From NCBI RefSeq assembly GCF_008831285.2, contig NC_045138.2, forward strand, positions 15,996,001 to 16,060,000: 64,000 bases of DNA. The letters are read 5' to 3'. The notes under the pieces are model-generated. The model was given only the letters and a program-made list of their open reading frames with translations. It ran no database searches and was not told the origin of the DNA. Numbering within the stretch: position 1 is the stretch's first letter; the number at the start of each line of letters is the position of its first letter. Positions 49,617 through 62,300 of this stretch are shown piece after piece. The DNA comes from Nymphaea colorata (Eukaryota). A program made the position numbers and the translations under genes.

Positions 49617-52600
49617 CTCTCTCTCTCTCTCTCAAACACACTCTTCCTCCCTCCCTCTCTCCCTCCCTCCCTATATATATTATAAATTTTTCACAGTATT
49701 CCTTTCATACACTTCATGATCCATCAAGAAGAGGACATTTTGAAATATATATAGATTATTAGTTACTAAATGATAGTAGTAAAATATGTGAAAGATGAAA
49801 ATTATACAACTAATGACGGTAAAAAAATCGTCGAAGAAAAACATGCAGCAAACTTTTACGGTGCATGGGAAGTGTAAAATTCAACTTCTTGAGAACAATA
49901 TTTTGACTGCTTTTCTCCCCTTCATAACTGTGATGGGACGAACGACATTTGGGCCACATGGGAGCAGAAAACTTTTAATGGCCCATGAAAAGAATCAATT
50001 CACAGAAAGAAAATTCTTGCTTCACTAAATTTTCATCGTCTTAAATGCAAGCTGTTTCTCTCAATCCCGCCAGGATTAGGTCCTAGGCAAGCCAACCTCA
50101 TTGTTACAGTCGACACAGTACTAATGAAAATGAAAATGGCTGATTCTTTACCGAGACTTTGTGAACAGATTTCTTGCAAGGAAGGCGTGAGAAACTTAGA
50201 ACATGCAGGTTCTGAGCCGTGCTATAACTTGTCCACAAGATCCTACATTTTAGCCGCAGTGGGAATCTGGGTCCAGTTCTAAACCGGATCTCATATGGTA
50301 GAGCTGACACCAGATCAAAATTATGCATGTCAATTCCAGATATGCCAAAAAAACTTGGATGTTTGAGTACATATATATCCAGAAAGAATAAGTCGGGGCA
50401 TTGATAAACATGATCAGATTGAACAGGCCACGGGTTAGAGATATCCAACGTACCCGATTCATATATTATGCAACCTTTCTCCTAAGATCTGACTATTGGG
50501 GATATAATGAACTGTTGATTCAGATATAAATCATTCAAGTGCATCGAAATGATGCTGCAGCAAAAACAAAATCTCAAAATCAGATCTTAACCGTTGCAGT
50601 TTTAGCTGAATTAGGTTGGAAATTGAAAGCCCCTTCGGTTGCCGGGTCATTCAATTATTTTCACCTACCCGTTTTATATCAGATCTCACGTGGGTGGGGG
50701 GCACTGGCTGGAAGCATGACGGGTTCCGGATCCAAAACCGGTCGGGTGTTGAAGAAGACCAGAACAGAAAAAACAGTCATAAAGTTGGAGAAAAGAGTTT
50801 AGCTTAAAATTTAATTTGAATATATAGTATTTGATCCAGATTGATATATGTTAGTCAAAATAGTCGCTTCATATAATGCAATTCCTAATTACCCACCAAA
50901 CACAAACTAATGTTGTTTTCTGGGAAAAAAAATATCCATATCTGAAAAAAAGTACCGGATCCGGGTAGCATTATCTACCATCTAGTGATGCTTTTATTAG
51001 CAATAACTTCACTTTTTTAGCATCTTCATAAATGGGATGCAGTGTGTCCATTGGTGCAGTTGGGTTGCCGATCTGTCTGCATTTAGATATTCCTTTGTGA
51101 TCTGTAAGCCATTAAAGAATTGCCAGGAAAGCCACCCGACCAGTCTCCCTTGTCTTCACCTCATCACAAAAACAATTTAAACAAGAAGGCGGGCATTTGG
51201 AAGAGAATTAAAGAAAATATTAAGAAGACAGCATGCAGCTATGTTTAGATTTAGGTTCTGAACTCTGTTGCTCATAAAAGAGCCTCTTGCTTTGGCTCCA
51301 GGGAATGAACTGCAGCCTCCCGTTACTTGGAGTTGGTTATGTTCATTCAATTGCAGAACCAAACTTTTGAATGATCAGTTGAGTTTGGTATTGAGAATAA
51401 GGCCTCATAAAGAGCCCAGTTCGGTAAGTAAATGCCGTTTTGCATCCAAATACGAATTCTGAACACAATCTCACATTTAAATATGCAAAAGACCCAAAAT
51501 TTGGGATCTGAAGTTACCCATAGATTCCGTATCAAAAAATGCATCTACGTTCATATGTAACTCAACTTAGTTAGTCAGATCTCAGTGGATCTAATTGAGT
51601 ACTTCAAACTCCCGTTCGAATTGATCCACTTAATCGCCTTCACGTGGCCTCCCAACACAACACATTGCAGTTGGTGTTCAAGATCGAACATATTGTTCTT
51701 GCTGTGCCTCTGTGCCAATGGCATGGGTACTAGTTGATGACACATTTGGGGCCCAAAGGCATTGATGCAGTCCAGAACCTTGAGGACAAGGAGAAAGGAG
51801 GGGCTTTCATCTCTCTTCGGGGGTGCGTCACGTAGACTGAGACCTGGTCTGCACTTAGCAATAAATGGGTACCATTGAATCTGGTGATCTTGAACTAAAA
51901 ATCATCTCATTTGATAGTTTACAGAAGCTGCACTAGCATCACATTTTATTGTGTCAAAAGTGCAAGCAATGATACTAGTGGTCATGCTGGTGTTTAATTG
52001 CATGGACCTGCTGGTGCTGAGACCTCTCCACCATTGAAAGGACAAGGGAGTATCGTTGAGGCTGATGTTTTCGAGCTAAGAATCATGCCAGTTTTTAGGT
52101 CACAGTAATGTAACATGCACTAGTACAAGAAGATGCTAAATTGCTAATAATCAATAATGAAACATGTGGTCATGGGGGTGTTTTACCTGCACCGACCAGA
52201 GGATCTTCTCTGCATCGTTCTATGTGGAACTCCTCTCAGTAGAGATCTGAGGCCATAAAGTCTCCAATTTTGGGTCCCCACCATCGTCGTCATCCTGCTG
52301 GGGTCGCATCTGTGAACGTTCCATTTCTACGGCTGAATTTTGTCTCCTTCTTTTAGTGTTACCACCTCTCTCACAGTGACGGCAAAAAAAAAAAAAGGCT
52401 CTTGAACGGTAATGGGGAGATTCTTGTGGGCAGGTCGTGGCTCTCGATGCCCACACGTGAGGGCTGTTGGGCCCAGTCCCTTCCTTCCTTACCTCTGTTT
52501 TTCAAACGAGAGGAGAAGAGTGGAAGATGTTTTTTCTCTTCTTCTTCTTTTCCCTCCTACTCCGCTGCATTCTCCTGCAGCAGCTAGCCGGTGACGGCGT

Positions 52601-52651
52601 CTCGGCTGCACCATCAGTTACCGCTCCACCCTTCCGGTGGATGACCCCTCA

Positions 52652-55600
52652 ATGCTACTCGGCCGCTCGCGGTTCTTCTTCCCCTTGAAGAAGAACCAGC
52701 CCCTCTTAGAGGGGTCTCCGGATTCTTCTGGCGTCGCTCTTCCTCCTACGCGCAACAGATTCTCCCTCCGAGTCTACCCCTCCATTCTTCTCGTCAGGAC
52801 CCTCAACCCTTTCCAAGCTAGAGCAGGAATTTGCAGACGTAATGGAAGTGGCAGAATCTCGAAACTCGGAAAAAAAGATTGGGAAGAGAAAGAGGAAGAA
52901 GAAGAGAATAAGGGGGTGCACTGTGAAGTGGAAGTGATCTCGTGGAGGGAACGCAGAATTAAGGCTTCGATCACGGTCGAGGAGGATGAGGAGGCCGTCT
53001 GGAAAGTTCTCACCGACTACGAAAAGCTCGCCGATTTCGTCCCCAATCTAGTCTGCAGGTGAATGTGTGCTTTCATTCCCCTCGCAGTTCTTTTCTCTTT
53101 AGAGCTTCTTTTCTTCTGCTTAATGGAAGTTCTCTCTGTGTAGCGAGAGGATCCCCTGCCCTCATCCTGGAAGGATATGGGTGATGCAGAAGGGAATGCA
53201 GAGAGCCTTGTATTGGCATATCGAAGCACGGGTCGTCTTGGACCTTCAGGAGCTAAGTAGTGCTGTAACTCTCTTAACCTTCTCTAGCCTATCATCTGTT
53301 TTGTGCTTTTGCCGCTCTTGTCCTCTTTTGCTGGAGAAATTATGCTTATGTTCGATTCAGTTCGCAGTTCTTCTCATCCATTATGTGTTACATTTGAACT
53401 GGAATTGTTTTATGCACTCTAACTAGCTTGTCTGCTATGTTTGCAATATATATCGTTATATAATTTAGTTTTTAACTTTAAAAGTCAACTATTTATCATT
53501 ATGTTGCATAGCATTAAGCAAAATTCACGTGTGATTCATTTCCATATACTTTTGGTTGCTTGCATTTTTGTGACTTGGAACTTGGTCACCAAATGTTCTT
53601 TCATATATCTAGTTTTGATCATAAAGAAAAAATGTATTTTGATTGCCTCGTCCAATATGATGCAGGAAGCTGGTAAGGAACTATATTTCCGCATGGTTGA
53701 TGGGGACTTCATGAAGTTTGAGGGGAAGTGGTCCCTAAAAGCTGGTGTAAGGTAATCTTAAAAGGACAAACTTTTGTTCTTACCGAAGCCAGTAAGAAGA
53801 AAGTGCCAACAAATTTTTTTTCTTTCTTCAGCTTCTTCTTAACTGGAAACAATTTCACGTGTTTGTTTCACATTAGTTTACTTTTGTTCATCAATAAGTC
53901 CAGGAAACATAATTGATTACTGTACGGGAACAACTACTGAGACTTTCTGTTAATGTCATATTTACTTATGTTTCAAATATTTTTCTTTTCATTCAACCAA
54001 GCTTAATATTTTTAGTCCTTGTTTACTGGTTTTCCTTGATTCACAGCCTTGCTTGAGCCATTTGTGCTTCTAATTTTCTGTTTCTTAAGCTCGTTTGCAG
54101 GTCTTCTACTACAATTTTATCATATGAGCTCAATGTAATACCAAGGTTCAACTATCCTGCCATATTTATAGAGAGAATCATCAGATCTGATCTTCCAGTG
54201 AATCTCCAGGCTATAGCATCTCAAGCTGAAAAACGCTGCGGAGTGAGTAAAACAAAAGTAATTGATGAGAGCATCCTCGATAAGAATTTTAAAGTCCCTA
54301 TTGTTTCCCATCAGATTCCCGGCCTGCCTTCTTCAGAAAATAGCGAACCTTCATCAAGTGATTCAAGGAGCAACCACACTACACGTAGCCTTGATCCCTT
54401 GCTGCCTCCACCTTCTGAAGAATCCAACAGCAGCTGGAGTGTATATGGAAAAGTTTGCAGACTGGACAGGATCTGCATGGCTGATGAAGTTCACTTCCGC
54501 AGATGTGATGACCTACTTGTAAGTTAGATTATGAAATGGTCGATGAACTTTTTGTTTGATTCCTTCTATTTTAAATTGCTAATATTCCTAATAGAGGTTA
54601 TCAAATAATACTCCATCATGAAGGAAAATGGTGGTGTTCATCGAAGTGTGGCTGCATGTATCACCGTGAAGGCATCTGTACATAGAGTGTGGAGTGTTCT
54701 TACTGATTATGAAACCTTGCCCGAGTAAGTCTGAATTCTGTTATTTTCTCAGATACTCTTATGTGCAGTTGATTAGCACATAAATCTTTCCCTTCCTTCA
54801 ATTTGTGAAATTCACAATGGTACATATTGCCATGTAGTGAACATATACTTTTGCTTTTTTTGTCAACTGTGTCCCGTACCTGTGTCTGCATGTCAGTGTG
54901 TCAACACTGGTATGGCAGCAATTTTGCTGTGTCCGTGTCACTTGGCATTCCTTTCATATGTCAAAAAGTTATGGTTTCATTGATTTGCAATGTAGGTTAC
55001 ATTTGGCCTCAAATTCACATTGTTGATACTAGAATGATCTCTTCTGATCTTAACGTGTGCCAGTTTGTTATGAAATTTTATTCACAGGTTTGTTCCAAAT
55101 TTAGCCATCAGTAAGGTTTTGTATCGAGAGAAGAACAAGGCTCGCATTCTTCAGGTATACAAAGCTCATTCATTATATTTGACCTTTGTTAATGAAATAC
55201 GCACTTTAAAATAGTACATGGGATGTCAGAGACCAAAAAGAAATTTATGGCTCAGAAAGAAACATATGTAGTGAAGTAGAAAACAAATGGTGTCAAAGCA
55301 CAATAAAAGGCAAGACTAGTTGTGGTAAACTATAATAAAAGCGTGTTGGTTATTTTATGAGACCTCCAATACTTGTGACTAAGATAAAAAACATTCAAAA
55401 CTGATTATATTTTGCCTTGTCCTATGGGTGACACATCAGCACTACCTAAAGAACATTTTATGTGGTAATCTTAAGGAGATGGTTTTTTCTGGAACACTCT
55501 TGTGCTTCCCTCTGAACATATTCATGAGGTATGAAAAATTTAAAGGATTGTTCTTTGGTCTGAAACAAGGTTGAGGAATTTGCTTCCATGATGCACTGAA

Positions 55601-58600
55601 AGATTGAGAATTTGTCAGCGACAGCAATAAATGATTCTCTAGTTCTGGATTCTTTTGGGCATTCACCACACCTGAAATGTTTGCAGACTTCTTTTAAACC
55701 TTTTTTGGACTCTTCTAGGAAAGTATGTTGCCAGATCTTTTCATGATATTTCTCTTTCAAAAATCAGAATGAACCATCCAAGCTGAGGTACAACTCCCAT
55801 CTTATCCAGTTCAGCTGAAACCCTGTTGCAACTTGGTGGGACAATCTGAATTTGCCATATAAATAATCTTTATTTTAAAGACGCAAAGAGTCATGTGACT
55901 CCTCAGCTCTCTAATGACTGAGCATGTGAGAGAGAAACTGCATGGTATTTTTCTGCTTTTGTAATAATGGTTTATTTGATATTATTAGTTATGTGTTAGG
56001 TCCATCTCATGAAGCGCACTGGATTCTTCTGTTGGGCATACTAGGGCTTGTTTGTGCTTGACTTTCTATAGTTGCCTAATTCGAACTTCTCCAAGTTGGT
56101 GAGACTGTTTTTTCTCTATGTGGGGATTTTTTAGGAAGGATGTAAAGGCTTGCTGTATATGGTGCTTCATGCACGTGTTGTCCTGGACCTGCATGAACAG
56201 TTTGAGCAGGAAATTGCTTTCGAGCAAGTTGAAGGGGACTTCGATTCCTTTCAGGGGAAATGGATTCTTGAGCAACTTGGGAATCAGCATACATTGCTTA
56301 AGTATGTGGTTGAGTCAAAAATGCAGAAAAATTCATTCCTTTCAGAGGCCATAGTTGAAGAGGTACATTTTTTATCTTTCTGAGTTCATATGTTATAAAA
56401 CACATCTGAGACTGGTTTCATAAATTTATGCACTTGCACTCAGTGGATGGTTTATGCACAAGTAAGGTCCCTGTTAGGTATCTGGGGCTCAAACTACATT
56501 AGAGCTGAGCATGCTAAAGGTAGGCTGTATGACATTGATAATCAAGTGGACAAAGTGATCGTTTTGAGGTTCTTGCATCAACTTGTTTTTACTATTCCAC
56601 AAACTACTTGGACATTGAACTTGAAATCTATTCTAGATCTTTATATAATGGATTCCACAAAGTGGTCTTTGTGCATCTCTGCTATCATCACTGTAGAGAA
56701 ATGCACAATATGAAGTGCTTTTATTGACTTATCAGTGTCATCTTTGGTTTCAATTTTTCAGGTCATCTATGAAGACCTTCCATCTAATTTATGTGCTATT
56801 CGTGATCGGATAGAAGAATGTGACCCAAGTTCAATAAATTCCAGAATTGATGGACATGATAAATTTTCCAAAACTCAGGTTTATCCAGATGGAAGCACTT
56901 TTCAGGTGAAAGTAACGAATGATGTTCAGATCTTCAGAAACGACAGACAAAGAAGAATCCAAAGGCCAAAAATTCCTGGACTACAAAGGAATATTGAAAT
57001 ATTGGAATCTGAACTTAGAAAGTACATAGCAGAACATGGTCAAGAAGGTTTGATGCCAATGAGGAAACAATTGCGTTTGGATGGGAGAGTAGATCTAGAG
57101 AAAGCAATAACGCGTATGGGTGGTTTCAGACATATTGCTTCCCTTATGAATCTTTCACTTGCTTACAAACATCGCAAGCCGAAAGGCTATTGGGACAGCT
57201 TGGATAATTTGCATGAAGAGGTATGAGGAAATTAAATCAGGAACCATTCATGTGTGTGCACAAACAGTTTTTACTATTTTATCTTCTATCAGGAGCAACT
57301 AATGCTTAGTAATTTCTAAATGCTAGCTCCTGGTGTTTCACATCAGTGTTTTGATTATTTAACAATCTGTATCACAGATAGTCCGTTTCCAGAGGAGTTG
57401 GGGAATGGATCCCAGTTTCATGCCCAGTAAGAAGTCTTTCGAGAGAGCAGGTATGAAAACAGTCTTTCAAGATAGCACTTTTTCTTGATTTCCTGCTGCA
57501 TAAATTGCCGACTTTTTTTCTCATGTTCTGTTTTTGCATTTGCTTGTAGTGGTGGAGCAGTTATGTGTAGTAGTTCAGGCTTGGTTTAGTCCTTGCTAGC
57601 ATTCTCATTCACGAGTATGAGTCGATATATGCAATGCATATAGGCACCTGATTATGTATTCATTTCACAGGTCCTTCATGGTTAGTCTGTCTATTTTAGG
57701 TTACGACTCCATGCCGACTGTTCTTCACCTGTAACTGAGGTCTTCCACAATAAGATGATCTATTTCAGCTGGGGCTTGTAATGAAAGATTGTTAGCCTCC
57801 AATCCAACAATCAAGCAATCTTTTTTTTTTTGCTCCAAAACTTTTAACTTCTTTGCCTATTCATTTTTGCACATACTATTTCCTTCCAAGCTACTAAAAG
57901 CTATGTCACATAGGTACGGGTACGGGTGCTGATACAGGTGCTGGTACGGGTACTGGTTCGGATTATTTTAAAAAAAACTTGGGTATGGGTTATATATATA
58001 ACATAAAATAAGAATTCAAAAAAAAAATAACACATGTATGATTCAAAATTTATAGTTTTTAAAGAAGAAACTATTGAACAAAATATGAAAATAAAGCTCT
58101 ATGTGTTTCTCAAGTGTAAATGGTGTAAATAACAAAACTGAAATCCTAAATTTTGGATAGAAATGGACTCGGTCAACTTTGATCGAGCCCTAAATTGGAC
58201 GGATACAGTCTTGGGTATATTGACCGTATCCGATACTGTTTGAACAGTACCCAAGAGGTGATCGGGACAGTACCAGTACCAGTGTCGTACCTGACCGGTA
58301 CGGGTACGCTGCTTTTACAGCAATACCCATGTGACAAAGACTAAAAGGTTCAGCTTCCTTTTCTGAATACTAGGCTCATCTCTTCTCAATGATGGGGGAT
58401 CTTTGGTGGTTTTTTAGCATCTTATCCTCACTGAACATGAATTTGCTCGCACAAAAAATTAAATTGCTTGAATCTTTCCTTAGCCATCATCTTCTGGAAT
58501 TGCCACCAAATTATCTACTTATCCTTGTTATCTTTCTTTTTGTCCTGTAAACAATTTTTTGTATCTTCTAGTTCTTTCTGTACGTCCAAAACACTCCATA

Positions 58601-59219
58601 ACTAAGTGTTCTACTCGAATATCTGACCAACAGACATCCAAGTGTCATTTTGAATTAATTTTTAGGAATTAGAGCAACATCCAAAACTTGTAATCCTTCA
58701 AAATTTTGACGTTTTAATGTGAAACATTCTTGCATTAAATTCACAGGACATGGTCATGCTAGTACTTGTCATAATTTGACTCTCTTTTGGGATGATGAGC
58801 CTGTTTGACTATCAACTCAAACCTTGTTACTGCAATAAACTTTTGTTAAGGAGAGGCCTTTTTCATTTTTCCTTTTTCTACTCCAATTTTGTCTAGTTAT
58901 AGCTTATTGTCTCTATCCCTTTCTGCACATTTTAGCAATGGAGTTTCTGTTAAACCTGCAATTGGAATGTACCTTACCAGGGCGGTATGATCTTGCTCGT
59001 GCATTGGAGAAATGGGGTGGCCTTCAGGAAGTTTCTCGGCTCCTGTCATTGAAGCTAAGGCATCCAAGAGGTGTAACTGCTTCAAAACAGAAAAGAAATG
59101 ACTCCATAGTCGATCAGGCCTCTTCTAGCCCTGGAAGAAAATGTAAAGCATTTGTTTCACAAGATACTCAAAAGTGGCTCATGACACTCAAGCATCTAGG
59201 TATCAACTGGGTCGAGTAA
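52652..59219 (+). CDS. Cyclase/dehydrase (START/Polyketide_cyc x2) family protein, At5g08720-like, probably plastid-targeted, about 732 aa
   Basis: Exons 52652-53058, 53144-53264, 53666-53751, 54101-54518, 54624-54724, 55088-55154, 56135-56362, 56762-57220, 57378-57450, 58981-59219 (GT-AG, phases consistent). Two SRPBCC domains (VWKVLTDYEKLADFVPNL...MVDGDFMKFEGKW; VWSVLTDYETLPEVCSKF region...QVEGDFDSFQGKW). C-terminal RKPKGYWDSLDNL and GRYDLARALEKWGG...INWVE*. The start codon is less certain. Confidence 0.9.
57901..58339. mobile_element. hAT-type MITE (439 bp) in last intron of cyclase/dehydrase gene
   Basis: TIRs CTATGTCACATAGGTA / TACCCATGTGACAAAG (14/16) and a perfect 8-bp TSD ACTAAAAG (57893-57900, 58340-58347). 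Subterminal GGTACGGGTAC repeats. Confidence 0.9.
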
Positions 59220-59346
59220 ATCACTCTCCCTCACCCCCTATGATGATTCAATTCAAGATGAGCGCCCGAACAAGCATTATGTAAATCATATGTATCTCCA
59301 GTACCATGTACAGATTTTTTTGTATCCAAAATTCAGCTTAGATGCT

Positions 59347-62300
59347 TCATTCATCTTCTTCCGGTGGATACTCATCATCAGACGAACCTCCCAAGAAGGA
59401 TCCCAGAGATTTCCGCAAAATGCTGAAAGATTTATCGTCCTGTTTCACCACATTTGATTAGGTTCATGTAACGAAAAAAGTAACACATACGCTGTCATTG
59501 GCTACTTAGTTTCCGCACCAAACGGCAGCCGCTGAATCTTGAAATGGCCACGGTTTTGATTCTAAACCTAGTGTTGGTGGATTTTTTACAGTGCAGGTTT
59601 TAAATGCATATATTTGACATACATGACGCGTTTCAGATCCATCTATTGCCATATTTTAAGCCAGAGGTTATTGTGCCTTCTAATTTGAATGCATCTGAAA
59701 ACCCTCAAAAAGTGAGGATCTCAAGCACACACCACTATTCGTACATGGATATGAATGCCACTTAAGATGCATTTATTCCAAATCAATCATATTCGAAGCA
59801 TAGCATAGGTATAACTATCTAAATAATCCATTCATGGCATGCATGATAAATTCACGGACTGCATAATCTCTTAATATGGGCATGTAAATACAGCCCCTTG
59901 CCAGGTCATTCATTGGATAGATAGCTAGACATCACCTGCATCTACGATAGGCTTCTTTTCTTTTCTTAGGCGAGGAAACCACATCCGAGCAGTGAGGTAA
60001 CCGCGTTTGGATGGGTGGACCTAATTTCCCAAAAGAAATTCTTCCATACTTCTACTGTTCTACTACTTAAAGTCATGAATCAAACTTGGTGGCAGTTTCC
60101 CGTTAAAGCACGTGTTTCCTAACCCAATGTATCGGGTAGGTGGTCCGGTGGAACTCATCTCACGTAAATTTTCACCTCCATCTCCATGTGAACACACCCT
60201 TGACTCCCATGGGAGTGAACCCTGAAAGTTAATACCCTCACCCTACGCATCGGTTGGCTTACAGAGGGACTAACTGCCTAACTCATTGGCTTTGAATTCC
60301 AACTGATTTCATCACAGCCCAAGCCCAGGCCATTGGGCCAACACCCTCATGGCTTTGCATACGGGGAGTTGCATGTAATCTAAGTCTCAAACAATCCTTG
60401 AAAGCTTCAATGTTTACACCCTCCATTTATCCACCTTCCACCCGCCACTTTATACTAGCTTACCTGCATCACTAATAATTTACCATTATTACATTACCCT
60501 GACAGCCTGATATGATTGAGGGAATGCTAGATGTCCTTTTTTCTCTTTTTGGGGAACGGTTCAAGAAAACGTCGTAGGATTTAGATACTAATTCTTTGTT
60601 ACTCTAGGATGGATATCAATGGCCGTATCGAAATTACCTGCTTTTTCTTCTTAAGCGAACACTCAGCTGCTGCAATCTTGTCTCCACAGGCCTTCTCAAG
60701 GTTAGCTAACATAGCCTTTTCCTTTTTCCCTATCACAAATCGATCCATATAAAAGTCCAAATCAGAAGACAGAAATAAAAGTCGCAGAAAGAGATCCAGA
60801 TTGCCCTGAGATTTTTACTCACTCTGTTGTTCGTATCGGACAAATAGCTTCTCCTTTTCATCTTCGTATTTGGAGAATATATCTGCAATGGTCATTTCAT
60901 GATTTGAAATCTAATTTTGGAATTCATCTCAGCGAGTGATGTTGAAATTCTACATAAGTATGGTTACTTTGAAAAGCCTGCAAATGTTGGGTTCTTTCCT
61001 TGCAGAACTTGTCATCAAGTGCTTGAAATTTGGATGCCTCATCCTTCAACGAGTTCTCGCACTGAACAATAACAGGGCAATTAACTGATCGTGTTATATA
61101 GTAAGCTAAGGCGTCTTAACCAGTTTTTTTGGACCTCAAACTTATGAAGAAACACATTAGAATTTATGTTGTGCAAAGTGTAAACAGTAGTGACTAAGGG
61201 TCTATGGCACTCGATCTATGTAAAGCCAATGATCCCGATTTAATTGAAAAGCGGAAATGGAAAAATATGTGCTCAGCACGACGGGACCTCCTTTGAACTC
61301 TTCATCAGAGCTTTCAAAAAGTTTTGCCTGTCATTTATAAAAGGATAGGGCTCAGATTGGGCATATCACTGTCAGAAGTGGAGATCAAACGAGTAAAATG
61401 AGCAGCAGGAACTAGATAGTTGCTGCATAGTGCTTACCTATCCTTGTCAATCTTCTGTTTAGCCTCGTCAACCATCGACTTGATATCTGAGGCCAGACTG
61501 TCGTAGAAGGACATCTATCAAATCACTTTGCTCATAAAATGAGGAGGCAATACGACTATTCCAAGAAAATTGCTCGAGTAGGATGAAAAGCACATAATTG
61601 ACAAAGCACGGGTGAAATTGACATAAATTTGTTGCTATTTCTGGTAGCGTATAGCGGCCTACCAAGGGGAAATAGGAGACCACTAAGTTTAGAAGGAAAA
61701 CCACGCATAATTCTTGTCTTATTGCAGGATAATCAGAAAAAAGAATTTCATTGTTTGAAGCCTATTAGCTCAACTAGCAGCTGCACTGTGTATTGACTAG
61801 AGGCATCTATGGAATAAACATTGTCTATTAATCGAATTGAAAGAGACAGACAAAGAAGGTTTTTTTTTTTTTCAATCAGAAGAAGACCACATTGTGCCTA
61901 TACAATGGAATCCTCTCATATACATCTATTTTCTTTACCATAAAAATTTACAACTTAGTTCGAATAAATTCTCGAAGTATGAGAAAATACTTGCAAATGC
62001 ACAATACATCTTTATGTCCTTTGCCAAATACGAGGATTTCTTCTTAGAGATTGGTTTCGCAGAAACAATTTCTTTTTCCCGTCCGCGTCCCTATCTTACC
62101 CGCAGAGACGGCCCGCTTTGGCCGATGTCACAGTTTTCCTCAGCCTCTAGTCGAGCAATCGCCCCGGTAGAAAGAGTAGGCAAAACCGAAAATCACTGAT
62201 TTTCTCCCGTTTCACGGTTTTCATTCTCCTCGCGGGCTTTTATTGACAACTTCACACTAGTGTACGTCTAATATAAACTCGGCGAAACAGAATACCATTC

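Noticed and set aside
48094..49719. Long overlapping ORFs (310, 174, 166, 164, 129 aa) across GLOX
   Set aside because: Shadow ORFs caused by the very high GC3 of the intronless GLOX CDS; no recognisable domains.
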